Shown piece by piece: positions 45,607-54,577 of a stretch of 64,000 bases of DNA (positions are counted from its first letter, which is position 1; each line of letters opens with the position of its first letter). The DNA is from Parcubacteria group bacterium (GTDB taxonomy: Bacteria > Patescibacteriota > Minisyncoccia > Phycocordibacterales > UBA2135). The translations under genes were made by a program, and so were the position numbers. The notes under the pieces were generated by a model. That model was given only the letters and a program-made list of their open reading frames with translations, had not been told where the DNA came from and searched no databases. The stretch lies in NCBI GenBank assembly GCA_016204005.1, contig JACQLS010000030.1:25952-89951 (forward strand), in the 5' to 3' direction.

Positions 45607-46055
45607 TGGCACTCGTGAGTAACAAGAAAGCGTATTTTAATTATGAAATCCAGGAAAAACTGGAGGCGGGTATTGAATTACTCGGTCATGAAGTGAAGAC
45701 CTTGAAAGGCGGTCGCGGCTCGCTTGAGGGGGCATATGTGATTACACGCGGAAATGAAATGTTCTTGGTGAATATGCATATTCCACCCTACCAAGTGGGC
45801 AATGTCGGGAAGGACTACGACCCCTATCGGCTTCGAAAACTGTTGTTAAATAAGAAGGAAATCGCTTTACTCACAGGTGTTGAAAAACAGGGGGGGTTGA
45901 CAATCATGCCACTTTCCGTGTATAATAAAGGAAACAAAGTCAAGGTTGAGATAGGCGTTGCGCGCGGAAAGAAAAAATACGACAAGCGCGAAACATTAAA
46001 GCGCCGTGCTACAGAGCGCGACGTAGCAAGAGAAACAAGGTCGCGTTTGAATTAG
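45606..46055 (+). CDS. smpB: SsrA-binding protein SmpB
   Basis: NKKAYFNY, EAGIELLGHEVK, RKLLL, GKKKYDKRE. Confidence 0.97.
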   Translation: MALVSNKKAYFNYEIQEKLEAGIELLGHEVKTLKGGRGSLEGAYVITRGNEMFLVNMHIPPYQVGNVGKDYDPYRLRKLLLNKKEIALLTGVEKQGGLTIMPLSVYNKGNKVKVEIGVARGKKKYDKRETLKRRATERDVARETRSRLN

Positions 46056-46116
46056 AACATTTACACTCTTGAACATTGAGACGTGGCCCACCTCAGAACG
46101 ACAAGGAGAGCACTTC

Positions 46117-46326
46117 ATGCAAGCCACGACTAAGCCAAGACGGAATCGCCGCCATCCACGAAAAGAGCTTGCCGACGGCACGGACCAAGAGTCCGCACCA
46201 CGGGCCGAGCACTACTTCGACATGCCAACGGAGGACAACGAGGGCTGCGAGCCGCTGATGCTCGAGGACCTACGGGGCGGCCCACAGGGCGGCCCACTGC
46301 CACTTACGGCTATCTTCCCCCGCTAA
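46117..46326 (+). CDS. Small hypothetical protein
   Basis: 69 aa ORF with AAGGAG RBS, followed by strong hairpin GGGTCAGGGTCTC/GAGACCCTGACCC. Confidence 0.4.
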   Translation: MQATTKPRRNRRHPRKELADGTDQESAPRAEHYFDMPTEDNEGCEPLMLEDLRGGPQGGPLPLTAIFPR

Positions 46327-46440
46327 GCGAGGGATTGGGTCAGGGTCTCTACCGCAAGGATGAGACCCTGACCCCCACTTCTCAATGTTTAAGTTGCCGG
46401 TCCTTCGCCGCTTTCAATCTGTTTCGACTGATTGAAAGCG

Positions 46441-46824
46441 GGGGATGATCGGCTTCGACAAGGGGCGTACTTTGAAACGCGCAGGTAGAGCTGGGATAAC
46501 TCTTAAAAAGGCCCCAAACCATAAGTGCAAACAAATTGCGCTCAATCGTTTCGCCTTACTTTAAGGCGAGCGACTTCGTGTTCGTATACGCTTAAGCGGC
46601 GAACGTGAACGCTCCCACTTTTAATTTCTGGTAGAGAGACGGGAGTGTCATACCACCAGGATAGGCATGCAGATTGCTTCGACTGCTCCGCTGAAACCAA
46701 GAAGCTCGATGCAGTTCGGTTTTGTATGTTTCAGACGCTCTGCATTTAAATCAAAAAACACACTACACCTGTAGATCCGTTTCAATTTTCTCTTTGCATG
46801 CGGGTTCAATTCCCGCCATCTCCA
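46441..46824 (+). ncRNA. ssrA: tmRNA
   Basis: 5' GGGGATGA..TTCGAC; 3' GCGGGTTCAATTCCCGCCATCTCCA with G3-U pair; tag ANKLRSIVSPYFKASDFVFVYA* at 46527-46595; next to smpB. Confidence 0.93.
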
Positions 46825-47042
46825 TCGAATTTTGTTCAAAAAGCTCTGATTTCTTTCAGAGCTTTTTGATTTACAAAATTCAGATGGAGATGAGCAAGAC
46901 GCTTTTGCGCCTTGCGTGCGGGAATTGAACAGGAAGGGGGTCGGGGAAACACCTGTTTCCCTGTGGAGGAAGGCAGGGCGAAGCCCGTTGGAAAACCGTG
47001 GGTTTCCAAAGAGTGAGATAGCGAAGCGTCCCCCCATCTCCA
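46825..47042. repeat. tmRNA-associated structured element with inverted and direct copies of the tmRNA 3' end
   Basis: GATGGAGATG (46883-46892) and GCGGGAATTGAAC (46918-46930) antisense; TCCCCCCATCTCCA (47029-47042) 13/14 direct copy. Confidence 0.7.
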
Positions 47043-47047
47043 CAATT

Positions 47048-47081
47048 CAAAAACACAGCCGCATATGCGGCTGTGTTTTTG
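47048..47081 (+). terminator. Terminator after tmRNA locus
   Basis: CAAAAACACAGCCGCAT/ATGCGGCTGTGTTTTTG palindrome. Confidence 0.75.
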
Positions 47082-47221
47082 TAAAGGTGACATTGAATAA
47101 CACAACGTTATGATGAGAATAATTCCTATTCCGCATGGAGTAGGTCGCTCTCTAAACGAGAGTAAGGTCAGAACACCTCCCCTGACTGCATGAGGAGGGC
47201 TCAAAGGAAAGAGGAAGTCGC

Positions 47222-47569
47222 ATGACTTCACCCAAAACCCTAAAGATTGTCGGCGGACCTGGCAGATTTGAACTCTTAGTATCTCAAGGTTTTAATGATC
47301 CTGGCTGTCTCTCCCATACTCCAACAGTTGTTTTCAAGTTTGAGCCAGGGGCAGTCACATACCGCAACTCGAGCATTGAAGTGGAAATAACAGCCCTTGA
47401 ATGTACAGACAGAGTTTTTGGGATTTTCCATTTTCGAGGGAAAGTTCAGTCAAACTGGTATGTAGAGGGCACATATTGTGTCCATAACCACGGCGGTGAG
47501 GTGATACTTCACGCGCCCTCCGCCAACTGGAACGAACGTCTCTTGAAATCAGCAAGCGGCGCTGAATAA
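47222..47569 (+). CDS. Hypothetical beta-rich protein
   Basis: 115 aa ORF, GAGGA RBS, followed by terminator 47586-47612. Confidence 0.65.
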   Translation: MTSPKTLKIVGGPGRFELLVSQGFNDPGCLSHTPTVVFKFEPGAVTYRNSSIEVEITALECTDRVFGIFHFRGKVQSNWYVEGTYCVHNHGGEVILHAPSANWNERLLKSASGAE

Positions 47570-47716
47570 TGGAATAAGCCTCGTAAGCCCCGATTCTTAG
47601 TCGGGGCTTTTGTTTACTTATGATTGTTGACACACCACCAATACTCGTGTTACGCTCTTTCGGGCTACCGGGTAGTAGCTTTAGTAACTTCACAACCCAA
47701 ACACGGAGGACCGCGC

Positions 47717-47962
47717 GTGCACATAGTCGGTGAATGGTGGTTTGTATGGATTATCGGGTGGGCGCTCTGTCTCGCCTATATCATCAACAACCAACTTCGG
47801 CGCATTGGAGGGATGGCCGGCGGCATGCTCCAGGGCAACGTCGGCCATAGCGTTAACAGTTTCAAGAAAGGCCTCTTTGGAATGATGTATGCTGGAGTAG
47901 CCGGCACAATATTCTTTGCACTGTTCGTCGTCGCCGTCTTGTATAACATCTTTGCCGGTTAA
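47717..47962 (+). CDS. Small two-TM membrane protein
   Basis: GGAGG RBS before GTG 47717; TTGACA promoter upstream; two hydrophobic helices. Confidence 0.65.
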   Translation: MHIVGEWWFVWIIGWALCLAYIINNQLRRIGGMAGGMLQGNVGHSVNSFKKGLFGMMYAGVAGTIFFALFVVAVLYNIFAG

Positions 47963-47977
47963 GGGGGAGTAAGCACA

Positions 47978-48829
47978 ATGTGCATCTCAATGGCTCCTGC
48001 CGCCTTCACGGGCACGAAGATTTGTCTCAACGCGACGAGGGTCCCCGAACTCGGCGGGCTTGTTCATGTGCTCATGTATCAGAACACCGTTGCAAGCTCG
48101 GCCGGGCCGAATGCCATGCTCTTGCACCTCCCCGCGGACGATATCGGGCAGAAGAACTTCATCGACACCCGCAGATTCCCGCACATTTTGGACGACATGG
48201 TTGATGTGATGATGCCGAGAGCTCGCGGTGGCGCAAAAAGCATGGGCGGGACAAGAGAGTTCTCCTCTAGTCGCGTGCAGATGTTTGAGGTTGGTATCTA
48301 TACGATCCTTCTTGCGAGGGATGCGTCCGACATTCCCTCTGCGTTGAACAGGGTGCCGGCAAATAAGCGGCCAAAAGTTAATCGCGCGCTCTTCGACTTC
48401 TACGCGAGCGAGTACCCGGGCTACGCGGTTGCTCTGTGTTGTTTCGACAATAGCAACAGCAAAGAGGCAGAACCGATCATGGTTTGGTACCGACCCGCGA
48501 ACAGAAGCGGGAGGTATCGCCTTCCCGCGCTCGACTGCCATACGGGCGCTGTACCTGATCTCAACGCGCAAGTTCAAACTGATCACTGGGTCTTCATGTC
48601 GACCAATGTCATGCAAGGCGGCCACGGGGTACGGTATCGGGAAGAAGGGGCGATTCCACCCCACGTACGCGCTCTTTTGCCGAATAAGGTCTATGGAGCC
48701 TATTTCGGCGATCGTATGCAGAATGGAGACTTCGGAATCTTACAACCCGAGCACCTTGCGCTCGGAAGCAAAAGTAAAATCACCCGTCTTCCGCCCCCGG
48801 GCAGACAAGCGGCCGCAGTCAACGCCTGA
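47978..48829 (+). CDS. Hypothetical protein (Met-Cys N-terminus)
   Basis: 283 aa ORF, GGGGAG RBS, motif-like YQN..PNAMLLHLP, PALDCHTG, DHW. Confidence 0.8.
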   Translation: MCISMAPAAFTGTKICLNATRVPELGGLVHVLMYQNTVASSAGPNAMLLHLPADDIGQKNFIDTRRFPHILDDMVDVMMPRARGGAKSMGGTREFSSSRVQMFEVGIYTILLARDASDIPSALNRVPANKRPKVNRALFDFYASEYPGYAVALCCFDNSNSKEAEPIMVWYRPANRSGRYRLPALDCHTGAVPDLNAQVQTDHWVFMSTNVMQGGHGVRYREEGAIPPHVRALLPNKVYGAYFGDRMQNGDFGILQPEHLALGSKSKITRLPPPGRQAAAVNA

Positions 48830-48959
48830 TCTTTTTGAAGCACCGTCGGTTCAACTAAAATAGTATTTCGGTTTTGATGTCGCACTCCCCGTGAGTGCGA
48901 TTTTGTTTACAAAAAACCACACCGTTTGGGTGTGGAAGATCTTGTGTTTTTACACTCTA

Positions 48960-49715
48960 TCATCTGAAATGGGATGGGGTTCCGTTTTGAAATCCGCGGA
49001 CAATGTAGCGGTCTCCTTGCGGATGTTCGTCATCATGATCAACCAAGTGGCTGTCTGGACACGCAAACAAGAAATCAGCCGGCGTTGTCCCCAAGTTTCT
49101 GAACGAGTGTACTTGTCCCGCTTCAATCAGGAACTCTTCACCGCGGCGCACCATTACGGGGGTGTCCCAAATAACGCTTTTGGTCGTCGCTACGACGATG
49201 CCACGGAACTCAGTCGTCGTTGTCAGGACATGCCCGAAATTCATCTCACCAACACCGTCTTTGAAAACATAAGGTTCGACGCCAAGTGCGTGCAAGTGAG
49301 GAGTGACGAATGGCTGTGTCCCCGTAGCAGTTCTACAAAGAACCCTCGCTCCATAGATGCTGTACGCTTGCCCCCCAACGATAACAGGAGGCTGATCTAG
49401 CTTGGCAACAAAAATACCGGCAGCAGGGTCCATCTTTTTTGCCGCTTCCGCCGCGTTAAGCGCGGTAGTTAGAGTTGCCGTACCGACAGCGTGCATGGCC
49501 CTAAATAAGGCACGTATGTCATCATGATGGACATCAAGGATTTCTTCTACTTCGCTACAATACATCCAACCCAATTCTCCCGGTTTCCCGAGCGGTGCCA
49601 TGTCGACATCATATCCGCCCTCTCTTTTTTGGATTATGTCGAATACCGTGCCCTTATTTTTCTCGAAAAAGCTAGGTACTTTTAGCGGGTGCTGTCGTAC
49701 CAACTTGACCTTCAT
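48960..49715 (-). CDS. Cupin-domain protein with small N-terminal domain
   Basis: PHLH....EPY and AGQVHSFRN cupin metal motifs; GAGGGA RBS before ATG 49715. Confidence 0.75.
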   Translation of the reverse strand: MKVKLVRQHPLKVPSFFEKNKGTVFDIIQKREGGYDVDMAPLGKPGELGWMYCSEVEEILDVHHDDIRALFRAMHAVGTATLTTALNAAEAAKKMDPAAGIFVAKLDQPPVIVGGQAYSIYGARVLCRTATGTQPFVTPHLHALGVEPYVFKDGVGEMNFGHVLTTTTEFRGIVVATTKSVIWDTPVMVRRGEEFLIEAGQVHSFRNLGTTPADFLFACPDSHLVDHDDEHPQGDRYIVRGFQNGTPSHFR

Positions 49716-49871
49716 CGTTTTTCCCTCGGGTCGTTGCGTCGATTCCTCATCGCAATGTAGCACACGTTTTTAAAAAGTCAAACTATGGGGTGAATCAAAA
49801 AACTAGAACTACGTGACCCCATTATGTTTTTGGTTTTTAAAAAACCACATCATTGTGATGTGGGTTATTTT

Positions 49872-51107
49872 TTATTCCTTTGGAAAGCGAGAAAGTGCAA
49901 CGATAACCTCTGTAATGTCTTGATACGTGTGAGCGGCGGTGACTTGGAAGCGAATCTCTTCTTCGCCCCGTGGCACGACCGGGTAGGTGATACCCGTCGC
50001 AAGGATTCGGTTTTCGAATAGGTGTGTCACCAATTTTCGCGTCTTCTCTGTGTCGCGCGTAAGCAAGGGAACGATTGGATGTTCATCCCCGATCGTTTCA
50101 AATCCATGTGCCTCGAGTCCGAAGCGCAAATGTTCTGCGAGCTTGCGTGCTATAGCAACGCGCTCCATTCCCTCGCGACTATCTAGGATTTGGAGTGCGC
50201 GCATGGCCGCGCCTGCTTCCCCAGCTGTGATTGGGTTTGAATAAATGTATGTGGGAGCGGTTTCTCTCAAATACTCGATGATAATACCGTCTGCCACCAC
50301 ATAGCCGCCGTTTGCACCAAGCGATTTGCCTAGAGTGCCGATCAACACATCAGCTTTTGCGCCAACATATTCTTCTGTTCCGCGTCCGGTCGGGCCAAAT
50401 GCCCCAACACCGTGAGAATCGTCAACGATTACAAGGACTCCTTCCTCGTACTTGTCGTCATGCTCTCGTGCGATTGCCATGATCTCATCAAGCGGCGCAT
50501 GGTCGCCGCGCATACTGAAGATTCCATCAGTCACTATACAGGCGCGTTTTGCCATAGAGGCGTACTGGTTCAAAGAACCTTCAAGTGCCACGACATCACA
50601 ATGCGGATAGACGACGCTTTTCACGGGACGTGCAAGGCGGATCGCATTGATAATGCTATTGTGATTCAGCTTGTCGCTCACGACGAGCGTTTTGTCCGTG
50701 ATGAGCGCGCTTAGGGTGCCCAGAACAGCAGCGTACGCAGAGCTGAAGAGCATACCACCGTCTCGCCCCGCTCTTCCGTGGAACACGGCGAGTTTGCGCT
50801 CCAACTCGACGTGCTGAGTCGAGGTGCCAGAGATAAAACGTACAGCCCCCGGGCCAACACCAAAAAGGTGTGTTGCGCCGGTTTCTGCCTCGATGACTCG
50901 AGGATCGAAGTCGAGTCCGAGATAGGAATTCGAATTCATCCGCAAGAAGGTTTTATCTCCTTGCCCCAAAAGCATATACCGAGGTCCACGGTCATTCTTG
51001 GCCGGGATTACGGCAAAGATGGTATGCTCATGTCTTTTCGAAGTACCAGATGCATCCAGCTCTGCAAGTTTCGCAGAGAAGACCGGAACAAGCTTGTTCG
51101 TTGGCAT
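49872..51107 (-). CDS. kbl: Glycine C-acetyltransferase (2-amino-3-ketobutyrate CoA ligase)
   Basis: SNSYLGL, AVRFISGT, SDKLNHNSII, DGIFSMRGD, DDSHGVG, TLGKSLG; coupled to threonine dehydrogenase. Confidence 0.9.
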   Translation of the reverse strand: MPTNKLVPVFSAKLAELDASGTSKRHEHTIFAVIPAKNDRGPRYMLLGQGDKTFLRMNSNSYLGLDFDPRVIEAETGATHLFGVGPGAVRFISGTSTQHVELERKLAVFHGRAGRDGGMLFSSAYAAVLGTLSALITDKTLVVSDKLNHNSIINAIRLARPVKSVVYPHCDVVALEGSLNQYASMAKRACIVTDGIFSMRGDHAPLDEIMAIAREHDDKYEEGVLVIVDDSHGVGAFGPTGRGTEEYVGAKADVLIGTLGKSLGANGGYVVADGIIIEYLRETAPTYIYSNPITAGEAGAAMRALQILDSREGMERVAIARKLAEHLRFGLEAHGFETIGDEHPIVPLLTRDTEKTRKLVTHLFENRILATGITYPVVPRGEEEIRFQVTAAHTYQDITEVIVALSRFPKE

Positions 51108-51121
51108 TGTTACGGACTCCC

Positions 51122-52060
51122 TTATGCCGACAACTTCTCGAGCATGTCCTTGACCATCATTGTGAGATCAAACTCATGTTTCCAACCCCACTCTTGTCGC
51201 GCGATACTGTCATCGAGAGACTGTGGCCACGAATCAGCAATGGCTTGCCGCGCCGGATCAACCGCATAACCCATCGTGAAGTGCGGAATATGTTTTCTGA
51301 TTTCAGCCGCAAGTTCCCGCGGAGTGAAGCTCATGGCTGCAACATTGAACCCGTTACGGTGACTAAGTCTTCCCGCAGGTGTCTCCATAAGCTCAATCGA
51401 TGCGCGCAGAGCGTCCGGCATGTACATCATGGGAAGTGCTGTTCCCGGTTTCAGGAAGCACTCATAGCGTCCTGTTGTAAGCGCGGCGCGAAAGATTTCC
51501 ACGGCATAATCGGTCGTGCCGCCACCGGGCGTGTGCGACCACGAGATGATTCCCGGGTAACGGACACCCCTTGTATCAACACCAAAATGGTCGTGATAAT
51601 AATCGCAGAGGAGTTCCCCCGCGAGCTTGGTGATTCCGTACATCGACGTTGGCCGCTGGATCGTGTCTTGGGGAGTATACCTCCGCGGTGAAAGCGGTCC
51701 AAAAGCACCAATCGAACTCGGGAAGAAGACCGCACACGCGCGCAGGCGCGCAACCTCAAGGACGTTCAGGAGCCCCGACATATTCACATCCCACGCCTTT
51801 AGCGGATCCTTTTCCGCGACAGCGGAGAGTAGCGCCGCAAGGTGGAATATAGTATCAACACCATGGTCTTCAACAATGGAGTCCAATACCATTCGTTCTC
51901 TGATGTCAAAATATTGCCACGGCCCCGCGTGATCAAGCGCGCCTTGGTCACTTGTTGCTACGACATTCTGATTGCCATATCTTTCACGCAGCGCACGTGT
52001 CAAATCGGAACCGACCTGTCCGGCCGCTCCCGTTACCAGAATCTTCCTTTGTTTACCCAT
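51122..52060 (-). CDS. tdh: L-threonine 3-dehydrogenase (SDR/GalE type)
   Basis: TGAAGQVG, HLAALLSA, PSSIGAFG, YGITK, RYPGIIS, PGGGTTDYAV, RQAIADSWP. Confidence 0.92.
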   Translation of the reverse strand: MGKQRKILVTGAAGQVGSDLTRALRERYGNQNVVATSDQGALDHAGPWQYFDIRERMVLDSIVEDHGVDTIFHLAALLSAVAEKDPLKAWDVNMSGLLNVLEVARLRACAVFFPSSIGAFGPLSPRRYTPQDTIQRPTSMYGITKLAGELLCDYYHDHFGVDTRGVRYPGIISWSHTPGGGTTDYAVEIFRAALTTGRYECFLKPGTALPMMYMPDALRASIELMETPAGRLSHRNGFNVAAMSFTPRELAAEIRKHIPHFTMGYAVDPARQAIADSWPQSLDDSIARQEWGWKHEFDLTMMVKDMLEKLSA

Positions 52061-52225
52061 GTTCCTCTTCACGCCTCGCGTGGTATCCAAGAATCTCGTT
52101 TTAGAGTATCAGTGCCGACCCCCCTGTCAAGCAGATTGCTTAAGTCTTCTCTATGTGGAAAAGACAGCTATTCCCTAGGGGGTTTTATTGCTATCATGGA
52201 CATATCGCACAAGGCGCCCATTTTC

Positions 52226-52612
52226 ATGCCAGAAGGGATTCCTACAGACAAGAAAATACTCATTGTTGAAGACGATTTGTTTTTAAGCGACCTTCTTGCG
52301 AAGCGTTTAGGAAAAGAGGGTTTTCATTTTGCCATAAAGTTAGACGGGGAAACCGGCTTGGAAGAAGCGCGCAAAACACATCCCAACCTCATTCTGCTCG
52401 ACCTCCTTCTTCCTGGCATGGACGGGTATGAAGTGCTCCGCCAGATTAAGGCGGATAACGCTCTCAAGGACATTCCCGTGCTGATCGTCTCAAACCTTGG
52501 CCAAAAAGAGGAAGTGGATAAGGGGATGCAGCTCGGCGCGGCAGGCTTCCTTGTTAAGGCGCACGTCGACCTGGACGATATTGTCGCAAAGATTCAGCAA
52601 TTTCTTAAATAG
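52226..52612 (+). CDS. Single-domain response regulator
   Basis: ILIVEDD, LLDLLLPGMDG, SN, FLVK. Confidence 0.92.
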   Translation: MPEGIPTDKKILIVEDDLFLSDLLAKRLGKEGFHFAIKLDGETGLEEARKTHPNLILLDLLLPGMDGYEVLRQIKADNALKDIPVLIVSNLGQKEEVDKGMQLGAAGFLVKAHVDLDDIVAKIQQFLK

Positions 52613-52694
52613 GAGACATTATATAACGTATTATTAATAAATAGAGATCAGTTCGAAGCGCGTTGCGCGGAGGTGATCTCACAAAGATTAGAGT

Positions 52695-53387
52695 ATGGGA
52701 CATTTTTTAGTTTTATTACCGCTCCTCATTATTGCGTCAGCGTTCTTGCACCGGGCGTATAAGAAGGATCCGGACAACCTCTACGCGCACTACTTCAGAA
52801 ACTTTGCCGTGGTGTGGACGGGGTGTACATTAATTGGCGCCACGGCGGTCGTCGTCGGGGGGACTGTCTACGCGCAGCTCATGGGAGCCGCGTTTAGTTT
52901 GCCGCTTCACTATTTTGCAAGCGCCTACCTCGTTCTCTTGGCATTCGCTTTGTACAAGAAGCATGGGATTCTCCCCAAGATTATCGTAGGTCTCATTATT
53001 GCCGCAGGTGCCTTCATAGGTTCCGTCATATTCTTTAAGGCAAACAACCTTTTTGGTTCACTGGGACCGTTGCAGGGCCTTTATGAAGCAACATTCAAGA
53101 ACTTTGCGTATGTACGCTTGAGCCTTCTCACGGGAATATTGATTCCACTCGGACTTTTCTTCTTGAGTGAATCATTGAGAGCAGTCAGTAAGCGGGTTCG
53201 TATGCGCGCGCTCCTTATTGGTCTCGGAACAATCGTTATAGGTGTTTTTGGAGGAATTCACGTGTTCCTTGGGCCGGTTCCCATAGCATTTAAAGTCCAC
53301 TGGGCAGACCTTGTCGTTCCGCTCGGCTTTCTCCTCGTCTTTATTGGGCTTGTCTACGGTAAGACACCCTCTGCTGGGGAGAAATAG
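52695..53387 (+). CDS. Multi-pass (about 7 TM) membrane protein, putative sensor partner
   Basis: Hydrophobic helices throughout; sits between RR and HK genes. Confidence 0.75.
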   Translation: MGHFLVLLPLLIIASAFLHRAYKKDPDNLYAHYFRNFAVVWTGCTLIGATAVVVGGTVYAQLMGAAFSLPLHYFASAYLVLLAFALYKKHGILPKIIVGLIIAAGAFIGSVIFFKANNLFGSLGPLQGLYEATFKNFAYVRLSLLTGILIPLGLFFLSESLRAVSKRVRMRALLIGLGTIVIGVFGGIHVFLGPVPIAFKVHWADLVVPLGFLLVFIGLVYGKTPSAGEK

Positions 53388-53421
53388 GACAATGCAGGTT
53401 CCGCCCCAACTCTAATACCAT

Positions 53422-54471
53422 ATGGAAGCTGAAGAAAATCGCATATCCCCCGAAGGGTTGATTAAGGAAAACCTACTGACGCTTTCTGCCGGGCTTATTA
53501 TCGGCGCCTATGCAGGAATAGCATTTGTTGGGTTTTTCTTGTATGAAGTACCGCCGCGCGATATTGAATCGTTTGAAATATTTTTCAACGAAGTATCGGC
53601 ATCGGGGAAAAAATTTTTTGAGTTTCTCATACTCTTCAGCGCGTTTTCTTTCCTTGGGGCGCTTGCGAGCTATGGCCTTGTCCTCACGCGGATGGTGAAG
53701 AAGCTTCGGAGAGAAGTCGTCGTCGTTCGTACGGTAGATAAATCAAAAGACCAATTCATCTCGATGGTGCTTCACCATATCAGAACTCCACTCGCTGGTA
53801 TCAAATGGAGTATCAAAGAAGCGTTCAAGGAAGCAGAGAAGCAAAGCCTTGGCAACGACGGCGTCAAAAGTATCCAAGACGTACTTATGGAGAACGAGCG
53901 AGTACTTACCGCTGTCGAGCATTTGATAGAAGCGTCACAAGCGAGCATGGGCAGGGTGACGTATAACTTCAAAGTGGTTCCCGTACAGGACGTCGTAACC
54001 CGCATCAAAGAAATTGTTGCTTCCCTCGGGGCGCTCGTGAACGCAAAGGGGATTTCGCTCCGATCTAATATTACATCTCCATCGAAAGCTTCGATAAAGG
54101 TTGATATGGAGAAGGTCGCCATTAGCGTTCAAACGCTTTTTGAAAATGCCGTGTCCTACACAGACACAGGCGGCTCGATAACGGTAGAGACCGAAGAGGT
54201 TGCTTCTCATTTTATCTTTCGCATTGCTGACACCGGCATTGGGATTCCCAAAGAAGAACAGGGTAAAATCTTTCAACAGTTTTTTAGGTCCGAGAGCGCG
54301 CGACGAAAGGACCCAGGTGGGTTTGGTGTCGGACTCTTCATTGTAAAGACGTTCTTGAAAGAACATGGTGGTGATATCTGGTTTACTTCAGAAGCGGGGA
54401 AGGGGACAACGTTCAGTTTTAAAATCCCCCTCATCACCTCCGAGACTGAAAAACATTTAGAAAAACTCTGA
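53422..54471 (+). CDS. Sensor histidine kinase
   Basis: HHIRTPL H-box, ENAVSY N-box, DTGIGI, FFRS, GFGVGL. Confidence 0.93.
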   Translation: MEAEENRISPEGLIKENLLTLSAGLIIGAYAGIAFVGFFLYEVPPRDIESFEIFFNEVSASGKKFFEFLILFSAFSFLGALASYGLVLTRMVKKLRREVVVVRTVDKSKDQFISMVLHHIRTPLAGIKWSIKEAFKEAEKQSLGNDGVKSIQDVLMENERVLTAVEHLIEASQASMGRVTYNFKVVPVQDVVTRIKEIVASLGALVNAKGISLRSNITSPSKASIKVDMEKVAISVQTLFENAVSYTDTGGSITVETEEVASHFIFRIADTGIGIPKEEQGKIFQQFFRSESARRKDPGGFGVGLFIVKTFLKEHGGDIWFTSEAGKGTTFSFKIPLITSETEKHLEKL

Positions 54472-54577
54472 GCATAGCGCCTACGCAAAGCTCCTGTGGG
54501 ATTGACCACGGGAGCTTTTTGTACTACAACAGTGGCAGAACGTGTGGGCGAATAAACGCCCTTACGAGGAGAGCGGC

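Noticed and set aside
51842-52225. Long N-terminal extension of the response regulator
   Set aside because: Overlaps tdh on the other strand; receiver domain starts near ATG 52226 behind a -10 element.
33042-54471. Alternative genetic code 25 (TGA=Gly)
   Set aside because: TGA ends complete genes (33044, 40971, 54471) and conserved genes have no internal TGA.
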